64,000 nucleotides of DNA from Candidatus Yanofskybacteria bacterium (GCA_016185545.1 JACPNJ010000005.1:4549-68548), one strand, 5' to 3'. Counted from the stretch's first letter, positions 1 through 11,915 are shown. Notes: generated by a model from the sequence alone, not told the origin. Numbers and translations are program-made.

Positions 1-1
1 G

Positions 2-1180
2 AAACAAAAAAATTTTTCAGAAGTATATTTACACCTGTTTTTAGACGGCAAAGATTCGGGTTTGCAAGAGTCGCCTGAATTATTGGGTAAATTGAACGTA
101 GAAATACAGGCTAACGGAATTGGCAAAATCGCTACTCTTATCGGCCGTAACTTTGCTATGGATCGCGATAATAATTGGGAATTGACCAAAAGTGCCTATG
201 AACTTTTGGTTTCGACTGTTGGCAAAACAAGCGACGATGTGTTGGCAACCATAAAAGAACATTATGTTTTGGGCGGGAACGATTCAAATATGTTGGCGAT
301 AATTGCCGGCAATTCAAATTTTACTGGCATATCGGATGATGATTCTTTAATTTTCTTCAATTTTCGCGAGGATAGCGTTAGGCAAATTCTTAAACCATTC
401 ATTGAGCCGAATTTTTCATGGTTTCCCATAAAAGTTTTTAAAAATATCTATGTTTGCACCATGACTAAATATTTGGAACCGCTGGCTGGCGGTTTGATTG
501 TACACGTAGCATTTGTTCCGCCTACGGTCATGAACGGTTTAGCTGAAATTTTAGAAATCAGCGGTAAAAAACAGTTACATATTGCCGAAACAGAAAAATA
601 TGGCCATGCAACTTTTTTCTTCAATGGCTTAAGATTGGATAAATATGCCAACGAAACGGATATTGCCATAGAATCCAATAAAGATAATCTGAGGAATCCG
701 GAAATGAAAAGTCAGGAAATAGCCATGAAAGTTGTTGAAGAGCTGAATAGTGACGTTTATGATTTTATTGTTATTAATTTTGCCAATGCTGATATCTTGG
801 CGCATACCGGCGATTTTGCCGCCGTGGTTAAGGGCGTGGAAGCAATCGATAATGCGCTGGGTTTGATTTATAATGTGGCTATTGTACAAAAAGATGGCAT
901 AATGATTGTTGCAGCCGACCATGGCAATGCCGAATCGCTCGTGTATCGTGGCAGTGGCGAAGCAGAAACCCGTCATGATGACAATCCGGTGCCGTTTTAT
1001 TTAGTAGGACGAAAATACCAAACAAACAAAATGCCAGAACAAATTGCGCTGGAAACAGGCGAGGTGTCTGGCATTCTCGCCGATATCGCCCCGACAATTC
1101 TGGAATTAATGGATATTCCCCAACCTCCCGAAATGACCGGCAAAAGTTTGTTATCAATACTGACTTTTTCCTCGTCTTAA
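2..1180 (+). CDS. gpmI: 2,3-bisphosphoglycerate-independent phosphoglycerate mutase (5' end outside window)
   Basis: Frame open from base 2 (VYLHLFLDGKD). Motifs GRNFAMDRD, NFREDS, AETEKYGHATFFFNG, NFANADILAHTG, ADHGNAE and LADIAPTIL. Confidence 0.95.
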   Translation, partial: KQKNFSEVYLHLFLDGKDSGLQESPELLGKLNVEIQANGIGKIATLIGRNFAMDRDNNWELTKSAYELLVSTVGKTSDDVLATIKEHYVLGGNDSNMLAIIAGNSNFTGISDDDSLIFFNFREDSVRQILKPFIEPNFSWFPIKVFKNIYVCTMTKYLEPLAGGLIVHVAFVPPTVMNGLAEILEISGKKQLHIAETEKYGHATFFFNGLRLDKYANETDIAIESNKDNLRNPEMKSQEIAMKVVEELNSDVYDFIVINFANADILAHTGDFAAVVKGVEAIDNALGLIYNVAIVQKDGIMIVAADHGNAESLVYRGSGEAETRHDDNPVPFYLVGRKYQTNKMPEQIALETGEVSGILADIAPTILELMDIPQPPEMTGKSLLSILTFSSS

Positions 1181-2332
1181 AACTTTACTCGCTATACTGC
1201 GTGACAAAATGCCACCGCCTAAAACTTCTTGGCCACGGTAAAAGACGGCTGATTGGCCGGGAGTGAGAGCTTTGGCATGCTTTTTAAATTTAACCAGTTT
1301 TTTTGAAACAGTAGCCGGTATTGATTTGCTGCGATATCTGATTTTAATTTGGCAATTCAATGGTAACTTTGGTATTTTACTAACCCAACTTATTTTTTCT
1401 ATTTTTGATGTCGGGTTTTTTATATTTAATTTTGAAGGCGTATTAGTAACATAGATAATATTTTTTTGGATATTCTTACTTACGACAAAATACGGTCCTT
1501 TGCCGTCTTTGATGTCTAGTCCATGCCGCTGGCCTATGGTGTAGTAATAAGCGCCATCGTGGCGTCCGATAATTTTGTCCGTATCAATATGTATGATCTT
1601 CCCCAGTCCGGATTTAATATATTTTTTTAAAAATTTTTTCATGTCCAACTGTCCGATAAAACATACGCCCTGGCTGTCTTTTTTGTCGTGATTCGGTAAT
1701 CCGAACTTTTTAGCCAGTTTTCTGACCCCAGGTTTGGTATAATCCCCTATCGGAAAAATGCAATGTTTTAGCTGGTCTTGCGTAAGTGTCCACAAGAAAT
1801 AAGATTGGTCTTTATTCGAATCTTTGGCAATCAGTAACTGGTAACTGGTAACTGGTAACTGGTTTTTCGAACGCCTAATTACTAATTTAGGATTACTAAT
1901 TACGTTTCTTAATCGCACATAGTGACCAGTAGCAATACAATCCGCTCCTTCAACCAGCGCTTTTTTCAAAAATAAGCCAAATTTGATTTCTTTATTACAC
2001 ATAACATCGGGGTTGGGTGTAATTCCAGATCTATAAGAGTCAATCATATATCGTACTACCTCTTTTTCGTATTCTTTTGAAAAATCCCAGGTTTTGAAAG
2101 GAATGCCAAGCTTGGCGCATACTTTCATAGCATCCTGCCTGTCTTGCTGCCACAGACACGAACTGTTAACTGGCGGAGTCCAGGGTTTAAAAAAAACACC
2201 AGTCACTTTGTGACCTTGTTTTTTTAGTAATGCCGCAGCGACTGAAGAATCAACGCCCCCGCTCATTGCTACGAAGACTTTAGGTTTAAGAGTGGTATTT
2301 AATTGTTTGTGTTTAGTCCAGATTCTTGCCAT
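1154..2332 (-). CDS. mnmA: tRNA 2-thiouridine(34) synthase MnmA
   Basis: AMSGGVDSSVAA, TPNPDVMCNKEIKF, ATGHY, KDQSYFL, KKDSQGVCF, TIGQRHGL, TPGQSAVFY. Carries a heptamer-repeat insertion. Confidence 0.97.
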   Translation of the reverse strand: MARIWTKHKQLNTTLKPKVFVAMSGGVDSSVAAALLKKQGHKVTGVFFKPWTPPVNSSCLWQQDRQDAMKVCAKLGIPFKTWDFSKEYEKEVVRYMIDSYRSGITPNPDVMCNKEIKFGLFLKKALVEGADCIATGHYVRLRNVISNPKLVIRRSKNQLPVTSYQLLIAKDSNKDQSYFLWTLTQDQLKHCIFPIGDYTKPGVRKLAKKFGLPNHDKKDSQGVCFIGQLDMKKFLKKYIKSGLGKIIHIDTDKIIGRHDGAYYYTIGQRHGLDIKDGKGPYFVVSKNIQKNIIYVTNTPSKLNIKNPTSKIEKISWVSKIPKLPLNCQIKIRYRSKSIPATVSKKLVKFKKHAKALTPGQSAVFYRGQEVLGGGILSRSIASKVLRRGKSQY

Positions 2333-2344
2333 ATTCTTTTCGTT

Positions 2345-2824
2345 TTAATTTAGCATCCAAATCGCATAGTTCAAGTACATCGCAAAACTGACCCAGAGAA
2401 TATATGGCAAAAGAAGCCAGGCAGCTGGTTTAGATATTTTTACAAAAGTGATAATCGTGGCGAGGATAGCGAGCCAGAGGAATATGATCTCAATAAACGC
2501 ACCGCCAGGACTGTGTAGTCCGAAAAAGATAATCGACCAAAGCGTATTCAAAACCAGCTGGCCGAGGAATATGCCGAGAGCGATTTTTACATCTCTGCGA
2601 TCCAGTCCTTTTTTCCAGACTAGGAACGCCGCGATGCCCATAAGCGCAAATAGTGTCGTCCAGACAGGACCAAACACCCACGCCGGAGGATTAAGAGCTG
2701 GCTTCACCAGTTCGGTATACCAGCTTGATTGAACCGCCGGCATCGTGAAAACTGCACCAATAATCCCCGCCGCTTCTGAAACGCCTATGGAGACTATTAA
2801 TTTGAAAAAGTTATTGATACTCAT
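2345..2824 (-). CDS. tspO: TspO/MBR tryptophan-rich sensory protein
   Basis: WYTELVKPALNPPAWVFGPVWT, LNTLWSIIFFG and LLPYILWVSFA; five TM helices. Confidence 0.93.
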   Translation of the reverse strand: MSINNFFKLIVSIGVSEAAGIIGAVFTMPAVQSSWYTELVKPALNPPAWVFGPVWTTLFALMGIAAFLVWKKGLDRRDVKIALGIFLGQLVLNTLWSIIFFGLHSPGGAFIEIIFLWLAILATIITFVKISKPAAWLLLPYILWVSFAMYLNYAIWMLN

Positions 2825-2999
2825 ATGTAATATTTTAACAAATTTTCTCGTCTATACCCATGACGACTTGAATTATCCCCAGATCATTGATTTCTCATCC
2901 CGAACCTGCTAACATGGAAATGTGGGTGATAAAGCCCTGTTTCTAAAGGTTTTGTACCAAAAGAGCGTGTCCTAGGTCTAGGGCCCGCTCTTTTGGTTT

Positions 3000-3224
3000 T
3001 TACCATATCTTGTAGAGGTACTTTTTATCAATCACCCTTTTCAAATCCTTATTCTTGCCGGTAAAATAATCTTTAATTGCTCCGCTTACAAGGTCGGATA
3101 ATTGCATCGAGTTTACATATTCGGAATTAACATGCGTGATGTGTTTTATCCGCTTAATCGTTTTGGTATTAACACGCCCGAATAAGTATTCGTCAAAACT
3201 GCTGAAATAATCGCCGTTATACAT
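3000..3224 (-). pseudogene. C-terminal fragment of a DUF3800-like protein
   Basis: HVNSEYVNSMQLSDLVSGAI resembles the S..iQlaD..aGai C-terminal motif of DUF3800. Only 74 aa and abuts a truncated Fic gene. Confidence 0.5.
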
Positions 3225-3240
3225 TCTCCTGTCGGCTCGA

Positions 3241-3510
3241 TCAATTATGACTTCCGACTACGCGTGCGAGATTTTTCGCTTCAAAGAGCTCGCGCTCGGA
3301 AACGAACCGATCAAGATCGATCTGGAGAAGAATTTTTTCCGTCTCTTCCAGCGAAAGCGTACTGTTCTCGATAGCGTTAGAGTTGTACACCTGCTCCGGA
3401 ATTTCCGCCTCCGAGACCATCTTGAGCAATGATTCCTTCCCTGGTAGGACTTGGTAATAGCGCTCGCGAAGTTCGATTATTTTTTTGTATATGTTTAGCG
3501 TTCTGGCCAT
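3241..3510 (-). pseudogene. N-terminal fragment of a Fic-domain protein
   Basis: EQVYNSNAIENSTLSLEETEKIL and RELFEAKNL are Fic N-terminal motifs. The ORF stops before the HPFxDGNGR catalytic motif. Confidence 0.75.
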
Positions 3511-3729
3511 ATAAGTTAAGTATAGTAAAGTTAACTCTTATTGTCAAATAACCGTGAATTATACCGAAAAATCTACTTATTTCACGATATTGCGTTAGAA
3601 AAGTCCTGATTTTGAGCAGTTGTATCACTGTAGTGCACAAAATCGGGACTTTTTGTGCAGTACACTATGCTAAAAATCCCTTTTTTGCATAGTGCAGTAT
3701 GGAAACTATGCAAAATAGTTTTAATTTGA

Positions 3730-4998
3730 TCAGTTCACGTAAATATTAGCAAACAAATCTAAACTCTTGATGGCTTGAAATTTCTTTATGTAATTTAAGG
3801 TTTCTTGACGTAAAACTTTTGTTGATGCGGGTAATCGAAACTGGCCGCTGATCCATGTCAGGCCGAATTTGTTGATAGAACTTGCAACTCTGCTTGGACC
3901 ACCATTATAAGTTGCGGCTAGCATTTCCTCGGTGATACCCAGTGACTGTACGATATCACGGCGCGTGATCTTGCCGGTTATGTCTTTTTTGTGGCTGTCA
4001 AAAAACAAAACCATTGCTTTGATTGCATTTACGTGGTTGGCCATGCCGGCATTATAATTTTTAATCAGTTTTGCCTGCGGATATTTTGCAACCATCAAAT
4101 CGTATGTTGATTTAATAAATTGAGCCATACCGGAAGCACCGGCCGGAGAACCGGTATAACGGTAAGCATAATTTTGATTAGCGCCAATAACTGTCAGTAC
4201 GCGTTCTGACAATTCTTTGCCGCCATCAGTGGCCGCATTAAAACTATCGGGATCTATATGTTCAATTAAAATTATATTACTGATAAAATCCCTGCTGATA
4301 TTTGCGGTAATAGGAATACGCGTATTTGAAAGCGAGGTTACTACTTTTTCGTCTAATTCAGTAAAGGCTTGATTAATACTCTTTGCCAAATACTTTTTGC
4401 CGGCCTCTATTATTTCTGGCGATTGAATCCTGCCTGAATATGGAGCGTAAATTATATCAGTATATTGTTTGGCTGATTTTTCCGGCAGTCCTATGAGATG
4501 CGAACTCAGGAGCGGGTATTTATTGGCAACTACCACAAATTCAGGGTGCTCTGGAAACTCGTAGTCCGTATTAAAACTGTTCCACCAGTTCACTTTCACG
4601 CCAATCCCCTGCACGTCCTGCACGACATCGCATGTCGTGCAGGGTAAAATGGTGATAATTCCGGTTTTTTTGAAGTTTTTAATCTCATCCTCGCTGACCC
4701 ATACCATATGTTCAAAAATTTCCCCTGTATTTTTATTAAGAATAGCCAGTGTAATTTGTTTGCGGAGCGCATCATATTTTAGTGGCGGTGATTTTTTTAA
4801 TAATTCAATTCCCTCTCGGATATTTTGCGTAGTTATCAATTGAGTTGCTTGGTCCGCGTAAAATATCATGTCAGATTCATTTACAACCGTCAATTCCCTG
4901 GCATAATCAAGATTAATTAAAGTTAAAAATCCGGTTGATATTACCGTAAGCAATAAAAAATAAAAATATCCTGATTTTAACCAGGTTTGCGGTTTCAA
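3730..4998 (-). CDS. Membrane-anchored protein with C-terminal SLT/lysozyme-like transglycosylase domain
   Basis: N-terminal TM; SPAGASGMAQFIKSTY and AATYNGGPSRV are SLT-type motifs. Confidence 0.7.
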   Translation of the reverse strand: MKPQTWLKSGYFYFLLLTVISTGFLTLINLDYARELTVVNESDMIFYADQATQLITTQNIREGIELLKKSPPLKYDALRKQITLAILNKNTGEIFEHMVWVSEDEIKNFKKTGIITILPCTTCDVVQDVQGIGVKVNWWNSFNTDYEFPEHPEFVVVANKYPLLSSHLIGLPEKSAKQYTDIIYAPYSGRIQSPEIIEAGKKYLAKSINQAFTELDEKVVTSLSNTRIPITANISRDFISNIILIEHIDPDSFNAATDGGKELSERVLTVIGANQNYAYRYTGSPAGASGMAQFIKSTYDLMVAKYPQAKLIKNYNAGMANHVNAIKAMVLFFDSHKKDITGKITRRDIVQSLGITEEMLAATYNGGPSRVASSINKFGLTWISGQFRLPASTKVLRQETLNYIKKFQAIKSLDLFANIYVN

Positions 4999-5001
4999 AA
5001 T

Positions 5002-6300
5002 TTATAAATTTTGTTCTATGACAGTTGCCTTATTCAATACGGCATTGGCGTAATAATTACAGATGCGCGATGAACACTTCGTACTGCCGCCGATATAAGC
5101 TTTTGCGGCGCCCTTCTCAGCGATACGCGTTTGGGCCGTAGCTCCGCCATTGGCAAGTTTAATTGCGGATGCCATAAATGCATCTTCTATATTCCACGGG
5201 TTTGGTGGACGATGTCCGGTTAATTCTGCTACCCGATCTTCATATGCCAACCAGGTGGTTGATATGAATTGAGCCGGTCCTAATGCTCCGCCGCAACCGT
5301 AGTTTGGTTCGCGTGATACTTTAACAGCATCGGGATTTAATCCTAGCTTGCTTGTAATTTCCAAAAATGCTGCTTTCTCCGTTTCGGCGCGGCTGGATTT
5401 GCCAAGTTTAATGTAACAATTGTACATATCGGTTAACCAATTTCCCGTCCCGACATTACGGCCAAGACCGGATTCTACCTCAAGTATGGCTATTAAAAAC
5501 GCCGGCCTTATGCCTACGCGTATTGCCGCCAGCTGACCGAATTTAATCGCTTCCTCCACGCTTACGCCATTTTGCTGCAAATAAAATACCTGTTCTTTTA
5601 TACGTTCAATATCTTGCTTAGATTGCTTTACTAATTGCTGGAATTTAGTCTCTTGTCCTTTTGTTTCTTTTAAAAACAGGTCTTTGCTTTTTTTGGCATT
5701 ATCCAAATTTCTTTTTTCCGATTGCTGTAAGCCGTTTAATTTTTCCAATTCAGCCTTTTTATCCAAAAGATTGTCTTTTTTTTGTTCCAGGTCTGTTTTG
5801 AGATCTTTGATGCCGATAATGGTAGTCCGCAGATTGTTTTGAGTATCTTGCAAATTTTTTAAATTATCAAAAAAGTTGGAAAGAGTCGCGTGCTTAAAAA
5901 GTACTTGGGTGAGATTTTCCTGATCAGCTTGATAAAGTATCTTGATATATTTAGCGAGCGCTTCTTTGTGAGTATCAAGCTTGCTCTGGGTAATTTCAAT
6001 CTGCTCCTGTGTATTAACAGTTTCAATATTTGTTTGCTCAATGGCAATTCCAATGCTCCTAATTTCAAGCTGGACCTTTTTTATCTGGACGTTAAGGCTA
6101 CCGATTTCACCAGCTAAAGTTCTTGCTTTCTGGCTGTTTTCATCAATTTGCCCCTGGTATGTGTCTATCTGTTTCTGTAGTTCCTCAATCTGTTTGTTGC
6201 GCGCGTCAATTTCTTCCTGTAATCCGGCAGAAGTGTCGGAAACAGGCAAAATAAAAACTACGATCAAAAAAAAGATTGTAAAAATAATAACCCGCTTCAT
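5002..6300 (-). CDS. Secreted coiled-coil protein with C-terminal lytic transglycosylase-like domain
   Basis: Signal peptide, long PcsB/CwlO-like coiled coil, then ILEVESGLGRNVG and GALGPAQFISTTW. Confidence 0.75.
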   Translation of the reverse strand: MKRVIIFTIFFLIVVFILPVSDTSAGLQEEIDARNKQIEELQKQIDTYQGQIDENSQKARTLAGEIGSLNVQIKKVQLEIRSIGIAIEQTNIETVNTQEQIEITQSKLDTHKEALAKYIKILYQADQENLTQVLFKHATLSNFFDNLKNLQDTQNNLRTTIIGIKDLKTDLEQKKDNLLDKKAELEKLNGLQQSEKRNLDNAKKSKDLFLKETKGQETKFQQLVKQSKQDIERIKEQVFYLQQNGVSVEEAIKFGQLAAIRVGIRPAFLIAILEVESGLGRNVGTGNWLTDMYNCYIKLGKSSRAETEKAAFLEITSKLGLNPDAVKVSREPNYGCGGALGPAQFISTTWLAYEDRVAELTGHRPPNPWNIEDAFMASAIKLANGGATAQTRIAEKGAAKAYIGGSTKCSSRICNYYANAVLNKATVIEQNL

Positions 6301-6410
6301 CCCGTAAGAAGTAGTGACAACTGCATGTAAGTTTTACTTACAATTGCCGTACTAGCGTTATTAAAGTAAGGCCTTGCCCTGTAATCCCGTTAGGGCTACT
6401 TCTAACGGGA
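6299..6410. mobile_element. MITE-like element, TCCCGTtAGAAGT...ACTTCTAACGGGA family (copy 1)
   Basis: Terminal inverted repeats atcccgtaagaagtag / ctacttctaacggga. The same ends occur at 51934-52049. Confidence 0.6.
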
Positions 6411-6453
6411 CTCATGTGGGTTATTATAACAAATTCTGATTATTATTAAATCT

Positions 6454-6930
6454 TTACGGGTTGATGACTATCTGACCTTTTATAGATGGGTTTAGGTGGT
6501 CGTGCCAGGGGCAAGTTTTGGCTTCGTTAAACTTGAAAGAATAGGACTCGCCGTTATTTAAACCGTGGAGAGCGTCAAAACCGGGGCAAATCTGGTGTGT
6601 CGGGTGTACTCCTGATGCCGGCCAATGCAGAGTACTATTGCTATTAACGAATTTAACCGTATCACCGGCTTTAATAGTAACTATGTTAGGAGTAGCCGTT
6701 CCATTGGCAAAATTGATAATCATAGTTTGGCTTTTGGGAGTAATACTTACTGTGGGGCTGACTGTCGCGGTAGTATTGTCAGTTACCGAAACTGTCGGGC
6801 TTGGACTAATGCTTGCACTGGCCGTTGGTGATTCAGTTTGTTCCGGCGCAATCGCCGTTTTGTTTTTAAACGCCGCGACTGCCGCTATAATACCGGCTAC
6901 AATAATAAAAATTAGTAACGCCTTTTTCAT
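6454..6930 (-). CDS. Membrane-anchored cupredoxin (plastocyanin-like) domain protein
   Basis: TM, Ser/Thr/Pro linker, then IKAGDTVKFVN, HWPASGVHPTH and CPWHDHL. Confidence 0.75.
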   Translation of the reverse strand: MKKALLIFIIVAGIIAAVAAFKNKTAIAPEQTESPTASASISPSPTVSVTDNTTATVSPTVSITPKSQTMIINFANGTATPNIVTIKAGDTVKFVNSNSTLHWPASGVHPTHQICPGFDALHGLNNGESYSFKFNEAKTCPWHDHLNPSIKGQIVINP

Positions 6931-7098
6931 GGAATCAATATATGCTATGCATAATAATGCCGTGGTTAAAATTATTTACCCCGGTATTAATTTTGCGGCT
7001 AGCACATTGATAAAGCACTCATATTATTTTTTTTTAAATTGTAGCATAAAAATAATATTATTGGAAAGTATTATCAAAAATGATAATCTAATTTACAA

Positions 7099-8427
7099 AT
7101 GGTAGGTAAACTCAAAAACTATTTTTTCGGGTCTATATTCCGTCGTGGAGCGACGCTTTTGACTTTTTTAACATTAGGTAGTTATGTACTCGGTCTGGTA
7201 CGGGATATGCTATTTGCCCGGGTTTTCGGCGCTTCGCGCCTGCTTGATGTTTATTATGCCTCCTTTATTATTCCTGATTTTCTTCTCAACATTTTTGTTG
7301 CCGGTGCTTTAACGGCGGCGTTTGTACCAATATTCACATATCTTTACGCTCGTAACGAAAATGTGGAAGCCGAAAAAGTTGCGACCACAATGCTGGTTGC
7401 CGCACCTTTAATTCTGCTGATATTAGCCATACCAGTTTTTATTTTTATGCCGCGTTTGGCCGATGTTGTTGCTCCCGGTTTCGCGTTCGAGGACAAAGAA
7501 TTGCTAGTTCTGATGGCTCGTATCTTGCTTCTATCCCCCATAATTTTTGCCGTTTCTAACACGCTTGGCAATATTTTAATATCTTTTGAGAGATTTTGGG
7601 GTTATGGTTTAGCACCAATTTTTTACAATCTAGGCATTATTATTGGTATTCCTCTCGCCAGAATATTTGGGCCGCTAGGTTTGATTGAAGGCGTAGTCAT
7701 TGGGGCATTACTGCATCTTGCCGTTCGCTGGGCCGATATCGCTAAAAATCGGATACGTTGGCGTTTTCCGGTCCAATGGCGCCATCCTGAATTCCGCAAA
7801 ATTCTTAAACTGATGATTCCGCGCATGGCCGGTCAGCCGATTGAACAAATTACTTTTTTTATTTTTACCAATATCGCTTCAACACTGACGGTCGGCTCAA
7901 TTGTGGTGTTAAGTTTTGCCCGTAACTTCCAAAGCGTTCCGGTGAGCTTATTCGGCATCGCGTTTTCTACAGCGGTTTTCTCTTCTCTTGCCAAAAAAGC
8001 AGCCCTAGGCGATAGAGCCGGCTTCTTGCATCATTTGCGCGAAACGGCTAAAGCTTTAGGGATCATGACCGGCTTATCCGCATTATTTTTCTTTTTTTTC
8101 GGGGAATGGATCGTGCGCCTTCTTCTTGGCGGCGGCCGCTTTGTTGAATCTGATGTAATACGTACCGGCCAGCTTCTTGCCGTTTTTGCCTTCGCTATCC
8201 CAGCCGAGAGTTTCATGCACCTTATTGCTCGCTCTTTCTATGCCCTTAAAGACACTTGGACTCCGCTTCTTGTTACTCTGCCCGGTTTGATCCTGATAGC
8301 CGTTTTAGCCAAGCTCTTACTGCCGCTCATGTCTCTTAACGCTTTACCGTTTAGTTTTTTTGTCGGCCTTACGCTTGAGGTGGTAATTTTAACTTTTATA
8401 CTTCTGCGTAAATTACGCAGATTATAG
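7099..8427 (+). CDS. murJ: Lipid II flippase MurJ/MviN
   Basis: LGLVRDMLFARVFGA, DVYYASFIIPD, GALTAAFVPIF and RSFYALKDTWTP. Confidence 0.92.
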   Translation: MVGKLKNYFFGSIFRRGATLLTFLTLGSYVLGLVRDMLFARVFGASRLLDVYYASFIIPDFLLNIFVAGALTAAFVPIFTYLYARNENVEAEKVATTMLVAAPLILLILAIPVFIFMPRLADVVAPGFAFEDKELLVLMARILLLSPIIFAVSNTLGNILISFERFWGYGLAPIFYNLGIIIGIPLARIFGPLGLIEGVVIGALLHLAVRWADIAKNRIRWRFPVQWRHPEFRKILKLMIPRMAGQPIEQITFFIFTNIASTLTVGSIVVLSFARNFQSVPVSLFGIAFSTAVFSSLAKKAALGDRAGFLHHLRETAKALGIMTGLSALFFFFFGEWIVRLLLGGGRFVESDVIRTGQLLAVFAFAIPAESFMHLIARSFYALKDTWTPLLVTLPGLILIAVLAKLLLPLMSLNALPFSFFVGLTLEVVILTFILLRKLRRL

Positions 8428-8449
8428 AGGTCGATCCCTATAGCAATCT

Positions 8450-9205
8450 CTAATTAGAGTAAACAACCACGATAGTTTTAGCGCCAGTTTTAATATATTC
8501 TTCCGGATTGGCAACTGGCCAACCGTCGCCGCCAGTCGGGGCATCATGAATGGCATTAAATAAAACCTTGTCATCATAGACATAATTCTGGCCCCGCTTT
8601 GTTCCAACATCATTGGTGATAAAATCACCATTCTTAGTGATACCTTTGATTATAAGCATATGATAAACTGGCCCCGGCTGGCGATAATATGGATTTGCAG
8701 CCAATCGTCCGGCCAGCGGCACAATAACCGGTCTACCGGCGGCCATAACGTGCGACTTGATGTCTTCTGCAGAAACATTCGTCAGAACATCAACCCTTTT
8801 GTAACCGAAATATTCACGCAACATAATTGCGGTTTCTTTTGCCGTAGTGTGAAAATAATAACCAAACCTCTTTTTTTGCCAATCAACTAAATTTAGAATT
8901 TCTTTATCAACTGTTTCCGGCGTAGCCAGCTCATTTTTATAAAATTTATCCACTAAAATCGATGAGGTTTCTTCGCAGGCCTCTTGATAAGGAAGCTCCC
9001 AGTTGCCGAAAGGCGCTTGGGGTAAAAACGGTACGTCTAAATTTATGCCCGCAAACGGCCTTATCGTTCCTGATTGAATTGTTATGGGTGGTAGGTTCTT
9101 TTTTTTCCATTCTAAGGCAAAATCCCGTATATTATTACGGAAAAAAACCATAAACAATAAAACCGCAATAAACGCAATGCTAAAAATAAATAATCCCCTT
9201 TTCAT
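8450..9205 (-). CDS. C39-like cysteine peptidase, membrane anchored
   Basis: LDVPFLPQAP, QEACEETS (Cys), YHMLIIKG (His) and TNDVG (Asp). Confidence 0.75.
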   Translation of the reverse strand: MKRGLFIFSIAFIAVLLFMVFFRNNIRDFALEWKKKNLPPITIQSGTIRPFAGINLDVPFLPQAPFGNWELPYQEACEETSSILVDKFYKNELATPETVDKEILNLVDWQKKRFGYYFHTTAKETAIMLREYFGYKRVDVLTNVSAEDIKSHVMAAGRPVIVPLAGRLAANPYYRQPGPVYHMLIIKGITKNGDFITNDVGTKRGQNYVYDDKVLFNAIHDAPTGGDGWPVANPEEYIKTGAKTIVVVYSN

Positions 9206-9210
9206 TAAAA

Positions 9211-10185
9211 CTAAAGATTTTTTTTGAAATCTTCAATCATTAAGATGTCTTTTGGGTCTATGCCGTAATATTTAGCAAGGAAGTGCGAGGTCCACATGGC
9301 AGTTAAGATACCGGCAAGAGATTTGTGCCAAAGAGATGGACCAGTTAAATCAATTGGTAAAACCATAAATCCCCTATCTTCAAAAATTTTCTTTGTTGCC
9401 GTAATTCTTTTTTGTATTTGAGGTTTATCATCGGGGTCGTTAAGAAAAATAAAAGAGAATTTTTGATTTAATTTGCCATCAAAAATTTTAGAATCAAACC
9501 CGGCCATTTCATTATGATTCAATTCTGGTACGAAATTATAAAACGCCGGAAGTTTTACCGTTTCGTTAAAATTGATTTTCCAATATCTTGCCAGTCCGGC
9601 ATTTATTCCGGAAGAATAAATGAGGGGTATCCTATTTTGCAATTTTTCTGCCAATTCTCTGCCTATCCGTTCATAATCATCAACATCGAGCAATCTTGTT
9701 TCACTGTTAATAATTTTATTAAGTATCATCTCTTCGCCCAGTGCCTTCAAAGTTGCATTGATGCTGTAGCCGATTGCAAATCGCGGGTTGCCGTCAATTT
9801 TGGGAATCTGGATGTAGGGCATTTTTTTTTCTTGAGCTATTTCCAATAACTTGCCGGAAGCGGCTATTACGATGAAAGGCAAGCCGTGTACTCGCGCCTC
9901 TTGTAATGCACTGTTCGTCTCTTCCGTATTGCCGGAATAAGAACTTGCAATAACTAAATAATTTTTTAATTGTGTTTCATCTATTTCTGGCAAACCATAA
10001 TCTCTATGGATAATAAGGTCAAGCTTCGGTTTCCAGCTCTTTATAATTCCCGCCGCCAAATTAGATCCGCCCATACCGCAAACGATAAACCTGTTGCGTT
10101 TCTGAAAATTGCCGGCATTTTCTATAAATGGTTCATATTCAAATTGTTTGCTGAAATTTTTAACAATGTCTTCTAGCATAATCAT
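9211..10185 (-). CDS. Bifunctional phosphoglucose/phosphomannose isomerase (SIS fold)
   Basis: CGMGGSNLA, SSYSGNTEET, NETVK and PELNHNE. Confidence 0.9.
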   Translation of the reverse strand: MIMLEDIVKNFSKQFEYEPFIENAGNFQKRNRFIVCGMGGSNLAAGIIKSWKPKLDLIIHRDYGLPEIDETQLKNYLVIASSYSGNTEETNSALQEARVHGLPFIVIAASGKLLEIAQEKKMPYIQIPKIDGNPRFAIGYSINATLKALGEEMILNKIINSETRLLDVDDYERIGRELAEKLQNRIPLIYSSGINAGLARYWKINFNETVKLPAFYNFVPELNHNEMAGFDSKIFDGKLNQKFSFIFLNDPDDKPQIQKRITATKKIFEDRGFMVLPIDLTGPSLWHKSLAGILTAMWTSHFLAKYYGIDPKDILMIEDFKKNL

Positions 10186-10213
10186 ATTTTAACAGTAGAA
10201 ATTCTCTAACGCA

Positions 10214-10240
10214 AACCGCGGCTGTTCAGTCGCGGTTTGC
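10214..10240. terminator. Hairpin downstream of groEL
   Basis: gcaaaccgcg gctgttcagt cgcggtttgc inverted repeat; coordinates approximate. Confidence 0.45.
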
Positions 10241-10284
10241 TGATCATAAACTAGTTACCAGTTACTAATTGCTAACCGCCAGTT

Positions 10285-11913
<1,629 letters not shown>

Positions 11914-11915
11914 TT

